Notes under the pieces: generated by a model
Database searches by the model: none
What the model was told of the DNA's origin: nothing
Seen by the model: only the letters and a program-made list of their open reading frames with translations
Shown: in pieces, positions 1-10,209 of the stretch
Layout of the letters: each line of letters opens with the position of its first letter
Numbering within the stretch: position 1 is the stretch's first letter
Translations under genes and position numbers: made by a program
NCBI GenBank assembly: GCA_035487555.1
Contig: DATHMA010000158.1
Location: forward strand, 1,143-65,142
Source: Bradyrhizobium sp.
GTDB taxonomy: Bacteria > Pseudomonadota > Alphaproteobacteria > Rhizobiales > Xanthobacteraceae
Direction of reading: 5' to 3'
Length of the DNA: 64,000 bases

Positions 1-194
1 CCGCCTTCGGTCGATCCGGGCGGCGGCGTGTCGGCGTAAAATACCTGGAAGCTCAGCCCGGCAAGGCCGTTATAGAACAGCGTGAACAGGATCAGCGCGA
101 GCCAGGTGACGCCGAACAGGGCGGCGCCGAAACAGAGCGCGCGGATGATGATGTCGGTGCGGCGGCGGCGAGCGTAGATCGGATTGACGGTCAT
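1..194 (-). CDS. pstA: Phosphate ABC transporter permease PstA (5' part, runs off the window)
   Basis: ATG at 194 immediately after the pstC stop; reads MTVNPIYARRRRTDIIIRALCFGAALFGVTWLALILF (TM helix); canonical pstSCAB order. Confidence 0.85.
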   Translation of the reverse strand, partial: MTVNPIYARRRRTDIIIRALCFGAALFGVTWLALILFTLFYNGLAGLSFQVFYADTPPPGSTEG

Positions 195-195
195 G

Positions 196-1203
196 TTACT
201 TCCCCGCCTTCATTTCCAGGCGCAGCAGCATCAGCCGCGCGGCCGCCAGCACGAAGAACGTCAGCACGAACAGGAGCAGGCCGAGCAGGATCAGGCCGGA
301 CTGATGCAGCCCGTCGCTCTCGGCGAATTCTGAGGCGATCGCCGCCGAGATCGTGGTGCCCGGCGAGAAGATCGAGCCGGTGATGCGGAACGCGTTGCCG
401 ATGATGAAGGTGACCGCCATGGTCTCGCCGAGCGCGCGGCCGAGCGCCAGCATGACGCCGCCGATGACGCCGACGCGGGTGTAGGGGATCACCACGTTCT
501 TGACGACTTCCCAGGTGGTGCAGCCGACGCCATAGGCCGCTTCCTTGAGAACCGGCGGCACCGTCTTGAACACGTCGACCGAGATCGCTGTGATGAAGGG
601 CAGCACCATGATCGCGAGGATCAGCGCGGCGTTGAACAGGCTGAGATAGGACGGCGGACCCGCGAATACGACGTTGAGCACGGGGATGTGGGCGAACAGG
701 CCGATCACGATGGGCTGGACGGTGTAGGCCAGGAACGGGCCCAGCACGAAGAAGCCCCACATGCCGTAGATGATCGAGGGGATGCCGGCGAGCAGCTCGA
801 TGGCGATGCCGATCGGGCGGCGCAGCCATTGCGGGCAGAGCTCGGTCAGGAAGATCGCAACCCCAAGGCCGACCGGGATCGCAATCAGCATCGCGATAAA
901 GGACGTGACCAGCGTGCCGTAGATCGGCCCAAGCGCGCCGAGCACCGGCGGATCGGCCGAGGGCGCCCAGCGCGTCGTGGTGAGGAAGGCAAAGCCATAT
1001 TCGCGCATCGCCGGCCAGGCGCCGATGATTAGCGAGACGATGATGCCGCCGAGGATCAGCAGCACCGAAATCGCGGCCAGGCGCGTGATCCAGTAGAAGG
1101 TGACGTCGCCGAGTTTGAAGGCACTCAGCGCCTTGGCACGATCGTAAGGACCGGCGGTTTCGATCACGTTGCTCGCGTCGCTTTGAACGGCCATCTCTGC
1201 CAC
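196..1203 (-). CDS. pstC: Phosphate ABC transporter permease PstC
   Basis: LLAGIPSIIYG and ALGRALGETMAV motifs; EAA loop. Confidence 0.95.
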   Translation of the reverse strand: MAEMAVQSDASNVIETAGPYDRAKALSAFKLGDVTFYWITRLAAISVLLILGGIIVSLIIGAWPAMREYGFAFLTTTRWAPSADPPVLGALGPIYGTLVTSFIAMLIAIPVGLGVAIFLTELCPQWLRRPIGIAIELLAGIPSIIYGMWGFFVLGPFLAYTVQPIVIGLFAHIPVLNVVFAGPPSYLSLFNAALILAIMVLPFITAISVDVFKTVPPVLKEAAYGVGCTTWEVVKNVVIPYTRVGVIGGVMLALGRALGETMAVTFIIGNAFRITGSIFSPGTTISAAIASEFAESDGLHQSGLILLGLLLFVLTFFVLAAARLMLLRLEMKAGK

Positions 1204-1356
1204 GCCAATCCCCTGTGTAACTTACGCTGTCGGGTCCCATTGAGTCGGGCCCGTTGATCTTTTCCACCCCGATGTTCGAGGGGGAAACCCGGCAAGCCCG
1301 GCGGCGCCGCTTGGGATGCGCCGGCGGAGGGCCGAAAAGTCACAAACTCAAATTGA

Positions 1357-1411
1357 GAGGTTTTCTCTGGTTGAGGAAACCTCAAACCCTCCCCCGTATT
1401 GAGGGGGAGGG
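1357..1411 (-). other. Two intercistronic stem-loops downstream of pstS (mRNA stabiliser/attenuator)
   Basis: gaggttttctc-tggtt-gaggaaacctc (1357-1383) and ccctccccc-gtattga-gggggaggg (1387-1411). Confidence 0.55.
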
Positions 1412-1436
1412 AGAGGGTTGTCGCCTTGAGAGCAGC

Positions 1437-2447
1437 TTAGCTCTTGATGTCGGACGACCAGGTCTTTTCGATCAGCTTGGTGACGCTGTCGGGCATCGGG
1501 ATGTAGTCGAGCTCTTCAGCCGCCTTCGCACCCTTTTCGAAGGCGAACTTGAAGAACTTCAGTGCTTCCTGCGACGCGGCCTTGTCCGAGGCTTCCTTGT
1601 GCATGAGCACGAAGGTCGTCGCGACGATGGGCCAGGACTTGTCGCCGGGCTGGTCGGTGAGGATCAGGTAGTAGCCCGGAGCGCTGGTCCAGTCGGCGTT
1701 AGCGGCGGCCGCCTGGAACGCTTCATTGGTCGCGTCGACGGTCTTGCCAGCCTTGTTGACCAGCTTGGTGTAGGTCAGCTTGTTCTGCTTGGCATAGGCG
1801 TATTCGACATAACCGATCGAGTTCTTGGTCTGGGCGATATTGCCGGCAACGCCTTCGTTGCCCTTGGCGCCAACGCCAGCCGGCCACTCAACGGCAGTGC
1901 CCGAACCAACCTTGCTCTTCCAGTCGGCGCTGACCTTGGAGAGATAGTCGGTGAAGTTGAAGGTCGTGCCCGAACCATCGGCGCGGTGAACGATCGCGAT
2001 CGCTTCCGACGGAAGCTTCGCGTCCGGATTGAGCTTCTTGATCGCGGCGTCGTCCCACTTGGTGATCTTGCCGAGGAAGATGTCGCCGAGCGTCGCGCCG
2101 TCCAGGACGAGGTCGCCGGCCTTGACGCCGTCGATGTTCACCACCGGGACGATACCACCCATGATCATCGGCCACTGGGACAGGCCGTCCTTCTGGAGCT
2201 GCTCGGCCTTCAAGGGAGCGTCGGTGGCGCCGAAGGTCACGGTGGAGGCCTCAATCTGCTTGATGCCCGCGCCGGAACCGATCGACTGGTAGTTCACGCC
2301 GTTGCCCGTCTCCTTCTTGTAGGCGTCAGCCCACTTGGAGAGGACGGGGAAGATAAAGGTCGAGCCGGCACCCGTGATGTCGGCCGCGAAGCTCGGCGTA
2401 GCCACGGCCACCAGGCCGGCAGCCACGATTGCCTTAACGAAATTCAT
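1437..2447 (-). CDS. pstS: Phosphate-binding protein PstS
   Basis: Signal peptide [11 protein letters not shown]; [24 protein letters not shown] motifs. Confidence 0.97.
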   Translation of the reverse strand: MNFVKAIVAAGLVAVATPSFAADITGAGSTFIFPVLSKWADAYKKETGNGVNYQSIGSGAGIKQIEASTVTFGATDAPLKAEQLQKDGLSQWPMIMGGIVPVVNIDGVKAGDLVLDGATLGDIFLGKITKWDDAAIKKLNPDAKLPSEAIAIVHRADGSGTTFNFTDYLSKVSADWKSKVGSGTAVEWPAGVGAKGNEGVAGNIAQTKNSIGYVEYAYAKQNKLTYTKLVNKAGKTVDATNEAFQAAAANADWTSAPGYYLILTDQPGDKSWPIVATTFVLMHKEASDKAASQEALKFFKFAFEKGAKAAEELDYIPMPDSVTKLIEKTWSSDIKS

Positions 2448-2532
2448 GACGATCTCCATCTGGTGAGCGAAGCGCCGTATACGCCCGATCGCGCTCACGC
2501 CGGTCCCTTTAGGAGCGGTCGGTTTTGCTTTT

Positions 2533-2561
2533 ACGACGGTTGGATGACAGTCGGATGACGG
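2533..2561 (-). promoter_or_regulatory. Pho box (PhoB site), three half-sites with 11-bp period
   Basis: Minus strand CCGTCAT-ccga-CTGTCAT-ccaa-CCGTCGT upstream of pstS; matches CTGTCAT-N4 repeat consensus. Confidence 0.85.
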
Positions 2562-2587
2562 GACTAAAGTCTTGATTCGACTAAAGT

Positions 2588-3895
2588 TTAGGCGGAAACC
2601 GCTGACTTGGGCTGGGGAAAACAGGCCGTAAAGGTCGCCCCATGTTTGGGCACGCTTTCGATCAAAAGCCGGCCGCGATGGCGGTTAAGAATATGTTTCA
2701 CCAGCGATAAACCGAGCCCGGTTCCACCCTGCGACCGGCTGTCGCCGACGTCCACCCGGTAGAAGCGCTCGGTCAGCCGGGGCAGGTGTTCGGGGGCGAT
2801 ACCCGGGCCAAAATCACGCACCATGACCCGAATTTCCGGCGCGCCTTCGCCGGATGCAGCAGCGCTCAGTGAGACGATCACCTTGCCGCCGGAGGCGCCA
2901 TATTTGAGCGCGTTCTCGATCAGGTTCTCGAACAGGCGGAGCAGTTCCTCCCGGTCGCCGGCGATCGAGACCTGCTTTTCCGGCAGGTCGATCTCGACCA
3001 GGACCTGACGCTCGCGGGCGAGCGGCTCCAGCCCGTCAGCAACCTGGCGGATGATGGGGACGATATCGATCGAGGTGTCGGGGCGGACATGGGCCGACAA
3101 TTCGACCCGGGACAGCGACAACAGATCGTCGATCAGGCGCGCCATGCGGGTCGCCTGCGCATGCATGATGGAGAGGAAGCGCTCGCGCGCCTTGGCGTCT
3201 TCCTTGGCCGGCCCCTGCAACGTGTCGATGAAGCCCGACAGCGCGGCCAGCGGCGTGCGCAATTCGTGGCTTGCATTGGCGACGAAGTCGGCGCGCATTT
3301 CCTCGACCCGCCGCAGCGGCGTCTGGTCGTGGAAGGTCATCAGCATGCATTTATCGGTGCCGCCAAAGGCGCTCGGCACCGGCACCGGCGTGATGGTCAG
3401 CTCCATCCAGCGGTCGACGGGAACATGATCGAGATAGGTAGTGCGGCGCGGCTCCGAGGTGGCGATCGCCTCTCGCAGCGCCGTGATGATTTCGGGCGAG
3501 CGCAGCGCGAACTGGGCAAGCTCGTTCTTGCGCAGCGCCGGCGCGAGCTCGGCGGCGGCCGTATTGAGATGGATGACACGGCCGGCGCGATCGAGCAGCA
3601 CGGCGGGATCCGGCATGCCGGCAACCACGGCGCTGACAGCGGCCGTCTCGACCGGGTTGACGCCGCGCACGTCCTCACGCGAGGTGGTGGTGTGGTTCAG
3701 CCGCCAGGGCACCAGCGACGCCGCGGCGATGCAAATGAACGCGACGCCGGCGCGCAGCGGCGACAGCTCGTCGAAGAAAACCAGGAAGGCAAGGGCTGCG
3801 GCAGCGACCGCCAGAATAAAGGCCGAGTGCCGCAGCCGGTCCGGCCACGGCGAAAAGAACGAAGAAGACGAGGAAGAAGGAGCTTCTATTGCCAT
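2588..3895 (-). CDS. phoR: Phosphate regulon sensor histidine kinase PhoR
   Basis: 2 [20 protein letters not shown]-box, RFYRVD..SR..GGTGLGL; adjacent to pstS. Confidence 0.92.
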   Translation of the reverse strand: MAIEAPSSSSSSFFSPWPDRLRHSAFILAVAAAALAFLVFFDELSPLRAGVAFICIAAASLVPWRLNHTTTSREDVRGVNPVETAAVSAVVAGMPDPAVLLDRAGRVIHLNTAAAELAPALRKNELAQFALRSPEIITALREAIATSEPRRTTYLDHVPVDRWMELTITPVPVPSAFGGTDKCMLMTFHDQTPLRRVEEMRADFVANASHELRTPLAALSGFIDTLQGPAKEDAKARERFLSIMHAQATRMARLIDDLLSLSRVELSAHVRPDTSIDIVPIIRQVADGLEPLARERQVLVEIDLPEKQVSIAGDREELLRLFENLIENALKYGASGGKVIVSLSAAASGEGAPEIRVMVRDFGPGIAPEHLPRLTERFYRVDVGDSRSQGGTGLGLSLVKHILNRHRGRLLIESVPKHGATFTACFPQPKSAVSA

Positions 3896-3917
3896 CTGGC
3901 CGGCTTCTCCGTTTCGG

Positions 3918-4973
3918 TCAGGCGCCTGTATCTCCACGCTCTCTTACATAAGCTGCTTCACGCGCCGGACCAGCCTCAAGCCCGAGCGCCGCCTGACGCA
4001 GGCGCTTCGATCGGGCGCCGAGGATAACCTCCCGAAACGTCAGCAAGATTACAGAGATGACAAAGGGCACAATATAATAGAGGAGCCGGAACAGCAGCAT
4101 ACCGGCCAAAAGGTCCTCCCGGTCCATCTGCCAGAGGCCAACCAGCATGGCCGCGTCGAACACCCCGAGCCCTCCCGGGGAGTGGCTGGCAAAGCCCAAA
4201 AGCGTGGCGGAAACGAAGATTACGGCCACCACGACAAAGCCGAGATTGGGCTCGTCCGGCACCAGCACGTACATCGCCAGCGCGCAAAAACCGAGGTCGA
4301 AGATACCGATGACGATCTGCAGCAGCGTGAGCGGGCCGCCCGGCAGTTCCACCGTCCACGGCCCGCGGCCGACATGGCGCGGCCGGGTCCAGACCCAGAC
4401 CACATAGCCGACCAGAGCCAGGATGATGGCGATGGCGACGACGCGGTTCAGCCAGACCGGCAACTGGTCGATCGAGGCGGCGGCCTCGGGGTGATAGGTG
4501 ATGCCGAGGCCGAGCACCGCGGCATTGCCGAGCCAGAAGGTGAGCCCGGCCAGAAAGCAGATCTTGGCGACGTCGATCGCATTCAGCCCATAGCCCGAAT
4601 AGATGCGGTAGCGCACGGCGCCGCCGGTGAAGACGCTGGCGCCGACATTGTGGCCGATCGAATAGGAGGTGAAGGCCGCAAGCGCATTGACGCGGTAAGG
4701 CACCTCGCTGTGGCCGATCGCGCGCATCGCGAACCAGTCGTAGAACGTCAGCGTGAAATAGCCGGCGGCGACAAACAGGGCGGCAAGCGCGATCTGCCGC
4801 GGCTCGGTGCTCTTGATCGCCTCGATCACCTCGAACGTGTCGATGTGACGCAGCATGTGATAGAGCACATAGCACGCGATGCCGATCACGGTGACGCTGA
4901 TCGCAACTCCAAGCCGGTGCAGGATTTGCTTCTGGCGCAGAACCAAGATCGCTCTGCGTATGGCTTCCAGCAT
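3918..4973 (-). CDS. Lysylphosphatidylglycerol synthase transmembrane-domain protein (UPF0104/MprF-flippase-like)
   Basis: Multi-TM; GGAVRYRIYS, SHSPGGLGVFDA, LLFRLLYYIVP motifs. Confidence 0.8.
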   Translation of the reverse strand: MLEAIRRAILVLRQKQILHRLGVAISVTVIGIACYVLYHMLRHIDTFEVIEAIKSTEPRQIALAALFVAAGYFTLTFYDWFAMRAIGHSEVPYRVNALAAFTSYSIGHNVGASVFTGGAVRYRIYSGYGLNAIDVAKICFLAGLTFWLGNAAVLGLGITYHPEAAASIDQLPVWLNRVVAIAIILALVGYVVWVWTRPRHVGRGPWTVELPGGPLTLLQIVIGIFDLGFCALAMYVLVPDEPNLGFVVVAVIFVSATLLGFASHSPGGLGVFDAAMLVGLWQMDREDLLAGMLLFRLLYYIVPFVISVILLTFREVILGARSKRLRQAALGLEAGPAREAAYVRERGDTGA

Positions 4974-5406
4974 CTGGTGACCCGTCTTACGAAAGGCGTG
5001 AGACTCTGACTGAGCACGATCTGTTCGGAAAGCCGGTGCCACTTTGCACTAACGCGGCTCGCCGGATCCGGATCATGCCCTCGTGCGGTGAATTTGAAAC
5101 TCGCTTCGGTTTCAAGAGCGTTTCATAGCGAACATCAAAACCGGAATAGCAGTTCCCGGTGCTGAGGTGGTAGCGCGTTTTGGGCCGCTATGGAATTCGT
5201 CCAGATGTGAATAAAGACGCGTCCTGTCAATATATTAGGCGGATTCGACGACGGTCGGATGCACAGTTTTGCTGCACCGACCGACCCAATGCGCGGCGAG
5301 CGGTCGCAGGCCGGGGAGTCCAACCGGAGCGTGCAGTGCGGGACGGTGAGCCGGAATGAACGGCCAGGCGCGCTCCAGGACGCCGGTCGAGGGCGAGGCG
5401 ATGATC

Positions 5407-5715
5407 CTACGCCGCCGGCCGCGCCCGCTGGCGCGACACCACCCAGGCACGCAGCAGCGAACCGATGGCGCAGCCGACCAGATAGCAGGCGAACAGGATC
5501 AGGCCGAGGTCGAGCCAATAGCCGAAGCGGCCGGGCACGATTTTCGCGGCGGCAAGCCCGACCACAATTGCGAGTAGCAGCGCGAGCCAGCGTGCGGCGA
5601 CTTTCGAGACACCCTCCCCGTGCTGAACCACGGCGATCCAGCCCATCGCGAGCCCGAGCAGGAACGAGGCGAGGAGCCAGCCCCAGTGAAACATCATGAG
5701 ATACGCCATGCTCAC
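5407..5715 (-). CDS. Small 3-TM membrane protein coupled to the OmpA-family gene
   Basis: 4-nt overlap with upstream stop; hydrophobic. Confidence 0.7.
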   Translation of the reverse strand: MSMAYLMMFHWGWLLASFLLGLAMGWIAVVQHGEGVSKVAARWLALLLAIVVGLAAAKIVPGRFGYWLDLGLILFACYLVGCAIGSLLRAWVVSRQRARPAA

Positions 5716-7106
5716 CTCACCAGAAATTCGATGCGGCGGTTCTGCGCCTTGCCTTCGTCGGTATCGTTGCCGGCGATCGGCTGCGTCGAGCCATAACCGA
5801 CCGCGGTGAAGCGGCTCGCCGGCAGGCCGGCCTTGACCAGATAATCGACGACGACCTGCGCGCGCTTCTGCGACAGCTCCTGGTTGAAGCCGTCCTCGCC
5901 GTCGCCGTCGGTGTGGCCGGCGACCTCGATATTGGCGGTCGGGCAGCGCAAAGCGATTTCAATCAGGCGGTCGAGCAGCGCGATCGAATCCGGATCGAGC
6001 GTGGTGCGCGACGGCTCGAAGCGGATTCTTCCCTTCGACAAGAGATCGGTGAAGAGCTGCTGACACACGGTCGGATCGACCGGCGCCGAGGCGGGCTTGA
6101 CCGAGATTTCCGGCTTGTACTGGAAGGATTGCGGAAAGTCCTTGCCGAGGCCGGCGCGGATTTCCGCACCGGCGCCTTCATAGAGCGCATCGCCCGAGAG
6201 TTTCACCTCGCGGTCGGACACGACCAGCGTACCGGTCGAAAGCCGCGCCAGCGCGCCGAGCGCGGGGATCACCGCGGCGGCAAAGCCGGACGGCGCGCCG
6301 AGGCTGGACTTGAGATTATCGACGAGTTTCTCGCCGAAGAATTTGTGCTCGGCGGCTTGCGCGATGGCGGCATGGACATTGTTGTCGGGCACATAGCCCG
6401 AGAGCGTCAGCGTCACCGCGACCGGATCCTTGTAGGCCTGGAAGATATAGGGTGGCGCCTTGACGTCGTTGGCCGCGACCTTGAAGCCTTCGGGGAGATC
6501 CTTCAGCGCCGCTGCGATCGCCTCGCGTCCGCCGAGATCGCGCGCCATGCCGGACAGCGACACGCTGGTGTCCGATATCGTGACCTTGCCGTCCTTCAGT
6601 TGTCCGACCTGCGCAAGCAGCAACACCGCGGCATCGTCGAAACGCCGTGGCGCGCCGCGCGCAAGTCCCATCTGGTCGACGATCTCGACGCCATTGATGG
6701 CGGCACGGCCCACGTCCAGCAATTTGGCCTTGCTCGCCGGCAGCGGCGCGCTGCCGGAGAGCGTGACGCGGACGACATCGCGTTCCGCCGACCACACGAA
6801 GGGCTTTGCCTCCGGTACCAGGCTTGTCTCGTCATTGACCAGCCGCACGCCGGGCACGGCTTCCACCGCGGCAAGCGCGTTTTTCCGGCCATCTTGCGAA
6901 AAAGCGTCCGCGGCGAGCGTCACGTCCCGGCCGTCGACCGTGATCCTGGTCTTGTCAAGGACGACATCCTTGAGCGCCGCGGCGCTTTTGGCGCCCAGGT
7001 CGGCTTCAAGCGGAACGGTATTGGTCCAGGCCGCAATGGCCCAAAAAACGACCAGGGGGATCACGCCCGGCCACCATTTGCGGCTCCAGCTGAACAAACC
7101 GTGCAT
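5712..7106 (-). CDS. BON-domain + OmpA C-terminal peptidoglycan-binding protein
   Basis: N-terminal TM, BON-like repeats, GHTD..G....N..LS..RA and NRRIEF motifs. Confidence 0.85.
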   Translation of the reverse strand: MHGLFSWSRKWWPGVIPLVVFWAIAAWTNTVPLEADLGAKSAAALKDVVLDKTRITVDGRDVTLAADAFSQDGRKNALAAVEAVPGVRLVNDETSLVPEAKPFVWSAERDVVRVTLSGSAPLPASKAKLLDVGRAAINGVEIVDQMGLARGAPRRFDDAAVLLLAQVGQLKDGKVTISDTSVSLSGMARDLGGREAIAAALKDLPEGFKVAANDVKAPPYIFQAYKDPVAVTLTLSGYVPDNNVHAAIAQAAEHKFFGEKLVDNLKSSLGAPSGFAAAVIPALGALARLSTGTLVVSDREVKLSGDALYEGAGAEIRAGLGKDFPQSFQYKPEISVKPASAPVDPTVCQQLFTDLLSKGRIRFEPSRTTLDPDSIALLDRLIEIALRCPTANIEVAGHTDGDGEDGFNQELSQKRAQVVVDYLVKAGLPASRFTAVGYGSTQPIAGNDTDEGKAQNRRIEFLVR

Positions 7107-7373
7107 TTCGTTAACCCGCGCAGGGCACCAACAGGGCCACCAACAACTCTATGATTCCAGTGCCGCTTTTGGCTTTGACGTTCCACCTGCGCGCTTGTGG
7201 CGCACCCAGGAACTTCAAATCTCGAGGGCTTGGAAACACAGAGAGAAAACAAACCCTTGCGGGGCTGTCAAACCGGAAATAACAAAGTCGCGTAGAGTAG
7301 CGGATAACCCTTTGTTCAACGGTTGTTTCGTTAATTACCTGGATAGTACCGCGATCGGCAAGCTACCCGTGCA

Positions 7374-8429
7374 ATGAAGCAGTTTCGCAACACCGTAATC
7401 CGCGCCGGACTGGAAGTGCTCTACTTCTCCGGCGCGCATATTTTGTTGCGGCCGATCTTTTCGGGCGTGGGCGCGGTTTTCATGCTGCATCATGTGCGGC
7501 CCCCCCGTGACGACGATTTCCAGCCGAACCGCCATCTGGAGGTGACGCCGCAGTTCCTGCGCACAACGCTGGCGCATCTGAAGTCTCGTGACATCGACAT
7601 CGTCACCATGGACGAGATGCACGACCGGTTGCAAAACAAGAATTTTGCGCGGCGTTTCGCCTGTTTCACCTTCGACGACGGCTATCGCGACAACCGCGAC
7701 CATGCGCTGCCGGTGATGCGTGAATTTGCCGCGCCCTTCACCGTCTATGTCGCCTCCGACTTTGCGGAAGGCACGGGCCGGCTGTGGTGGGTCGCGCTGG
7801 AGAGGACGATCGCGAAAGCCTCTTCCATCGAGGCCAAGATGGGCGCTGCGACGGCCCGCTTCGACACGAAGGCGGCGTCCGGCAAGCAGGCTGCATATGA
7901 TCGCCTGCACGACTGGCTGCGTTCGCTACCCGAGCATGACATGCAGCGCGAACTGAGCGCGCTCTGCGCGCGCCACGGCGTCGACGAAGCGGCGATCAGC
8001 CGCGATCTCTGCATGTCCTGGGACGAGTTGAAATCCTTCGCCAACGATCCCCTGGTTGCGATCGGCGGCCACACCATCACCCATTGCAACCTCGCCCATC
8101 ACAGCGAGGAGGTCGCGCGCGAGGAATTGACGGTGAGCCGCGCGCGGATCGAGGAGCAGCTGCAGCGCCCGGTGCTGCATCTGGCCTATCCCTACGGCGA
8201 CAGGATCGCCGCCGGAGCGCGCGAGTTCGCGCTCGCAGCAACCGCAGGCTACAAGACCGCGGTGACGACGCGGCCGGGCATGGTGTTCCCGGAAAACGCA
8301 GCCCATCTCACGGCGCTGCCGCGGGTGTCGCTCAACGGCAATTACCAGGACGCGCGCGTCCTTCCCGTGCTGACCTCGGGGGCGGCGACCGCGATGTGGA
8401 ACGGCTTTCGCCGCGTCGACGCGGCGTGA
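7374..8429 (+). CDS. Polysaccharide deacetylase (NodB homology)
   Basis: TFDDGY, GHTITH, AYPYG motifs. Confidence 0.88.
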   Translation: MKQFRNTVIRAGLEVLYFSGAHILLRPIFSGVGAVFMLHHVRPPRDDDFQPNRHLEVTPQFLRTTLAHLKSRDIDIVTMDEMHDRLQNKNFARRFACFTFDDGYRDNRDHALPVMREFAAPFTVYVASDFAEGTGRLWWVALERTIAKASSIEAKMGAATARFDTKAASGKQAAYDRLHDWLRSLPEHDMQRELSALCARHGVDEAAISRDLCMSWDELKSFANDPLVAIGGHTITHCNLAHHSEEVAREELTVSRARIEEQLQRPVLHLAYPYGDRIAAGAREFALAATAGYKTAVTTRPGMVFPENAAHLTALPRVSLNGNYQDARVLPVLTSGAATAMWNGFRRVDAA

Positions 8430-8440
8430 GCTTTTTAATT

Positions 8441-8514
8441 GGACATGATCTCCGCGCAAACGCTACGCGTTTGTCGCGAGGGAAAACCGCTGCACACATT
8501 TCCGGATCATGCCC
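8441..8514. repeat. RIME-like palindromic repeat (CATGATC...GATCATG family)
   Basis: ggacatgatc...ggaaaaccgctgcacacatttccggatcatgccc; same core at 9355 and 57621. Confidence 0.8.
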
Positions 8515-8515
8515 G

Positions 8516-9241
8516 TTACACGAATAAAAGCACGCCTGACACCAGCAGGATCGCCAGGATGATCTTCCGGAAGGTCTGCTCGTTGACGCTGCGGAAGGCG
8601 AAAATGCCAAGCGCGGAGCCAGCGAGCAATGCCGGGATACTCAAGGCAAGATCAACCAGCACTTTCGACGACAGATCGTGCCGGACCAGCAGCAGCCCCA
8701 ATGCGAAGATCTGCATCGCGGCGATGAAGGGCTGAACCAGCCCGCGCTGCTGGTTCTTCGGCACGCCATGCATGTCGCACCAGATGGTCGGGATCGCGCC
8801 CGGCATCGCCGTCAGGCCGCCGATCAGCCCGCCGCCGAAGCCGACCGGCGCATGCCGGCTCTGGTTCATCTGCAGATAGGTGAGGCTCGGCCGGCACAGC
8901 ATGTAGCCGGCATAGAGCGCGACGATCGCCCCGAACATTTCGCGGAAGGTCTTGGTATCGGTGTTCTGCAACAGCCAGACCGCGATCGGCACGCCGGCGA
9001 GCCCGCCCAGCATCAGGATCAGGCTCTGCTTCCACTGAATATTCTTGCGCAACGCCCAGAGATTGGTGGCCTGCACGCCGACGCTGCACGCCATCATCAG
9101 CGGCACCGCCTCCATCGGCTCCAGCACATGCAGGAGGATGGCGCCGGCCACGGCCGAAAAGGCGAAGCCGGCAAGCCCAGAGACGAATGCGCCGGAGAAA
9201 ACGGCAACGCTGAGCAATAGAAACGACAACATGTCGCCCAT
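8516..9241 (-). CDS. TauE/SafE family sulfite exporter
   Basis: SGLAGFAFS and GGLIGGLTAMPG duplicated TM motifs. Confidence 0.8.
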   Translation of the reverse strand: MGDMLSFLLLSVAVFSGAFVSGLAGFAFSAVAGAILLHVLEPMEAVPLMMACSVGVQATNLWALRKNIQWKQSLILMLGGLAGVPIAVWLLQNTDTKTFREMFGAIVALYAGYMLCRPSLTYLQMNQSRHAPVGFGGGLIGGLTAMPGAIPTIWCDMHGVPKNQQRGLVQPFIAAMQIFALGLLLVRHDLSSKVLVDLALSIPALLAGSALGIFAFRSVNEQTFRKIILAILLVSGVLLFV

Positions 9242-9302
9242 GAGCGGGCTCCCCCCCGGATGGCGGTCAAACAAATCGGTGATGAAAAGGGACGCGAGAG
9301 GC

Positions 9303-9407
9303 CCTAAAGCGCGATGAGATTAGGTTGAAGCGTCATCGCGCTTTAGGTCTTTGATTGAGCATTATCTTTTCGGAAAGCCGCTGCACACTTTTCCGGATCA
9401 TGCTCTA
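9303..9407. repeat. Composite repeat: 15-bp hairpin plus CATGATC/GATCATG-family unit
   Basis: cctaaagcgcgatga...tcatcgcgctttagg (9303-9347), then ttgagcattatc...ccggatcatgctcta (9355-9407). Confidence 0.8.
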
Positions 9408-9608
9408 GTCGGCGGACGACATGCTCGCCTGCACGTTGGATTGCTCTCGCGGCGTCACCAGGCCGCTGCCGCTCGGCAACATCAGCGTGCCGACGAGAAC
9501 ATGCAGCAGCAGGAAACCACAGGCGACCAAGGCGAGTAGCGCGATTTCGCCTGGCATCGACAGGCGAAAGCCCGCCTTGCGCTCCGAGGTCTTTTCACTG
9601 ATCGACAT
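9405..9608 (-). CDS. Small single-TM hypothetical protein
   Basis: AAGGA RBS before ATG; one hydrophobic helix; overlaps the next ORF. Confidence 0.55.
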   Translation of the reverse strand: MSISEKTSERKAGFRLSMPGEIALLALVACGFLLLHVLVGTLMLPSGSGLVTPREQSNVQASMSSAD

Positions 9609-9837
9609 GGTCGCATTCCTTCAAATTCGGTTGCAGGTTGCGGGCGGCGCGCTGGTCGCCTTGGTCGATTAGATGCCGGTATTGCCGCAGCGTGCGGCGC
9701 GCTTGAATGCGCCGCGAGTGATGAAGGACGGCAATAAAAGAAGCAAAGAACGATGTGAAAAGACTTTTGCGCTTGCCGCCGAAAGCGGCGGTGCGGGCAG
9801 GCCTGACGCCCACCGAAGGCAATGATGCGTATTTCAA
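9595..9837 (-). CDS. Small basic hypothetical protein
   Basis: TTG start after GGAG; LHHSRRIQARRTLRQYRHLI segment; coupled to 9405-9608. Confidence 0.5.
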   Translation of the reverse strand: MKYASLPSVGVRPARTAAFGGKRKSLFTSFFASFIAVLHHSRRIQARRTLRQYRHLIDQGDQRAARNLQPNLKECDHVDQ

Positions 9838-10209
9838 CGTTGCAAACTCCGCCGTTGATAATTGCTCCACCCGCGCCAGCCTACCCTGAACCCCCGCCAA
9901 CTTTTGTGCGTTGCATCACATCTCAGAAAAAAGAGATGACGTCGTCATCCGAACAGATGAAATCACCAAGCCTCGGGCGACGATCGATATGCCGCTGCCG
10001 TCGCGGCGCTGCCTGATTTAGAGGCACAGTTTGATTCGAACTGGCGTCATCAGGATCGCCCTGGCTGCGGCTGCGAATGGCTTCAAATGGCAACGCTGCG
10101 CGAGGCGTCAGCGGGAAAGCCAACAAATCAAGGCGTTGCCGCAACCACCAGCTTTCTTGACGAGGCGCTCACAGGCGCCCAGAACAGAGGCAAACAGAGG
10201 GGAGAGACG

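Noticed and set aside
5065-5135. Fragment of the GATCATG repeat family plus a small hairpin
   Set aside because: Too short and degenerate to delimit.
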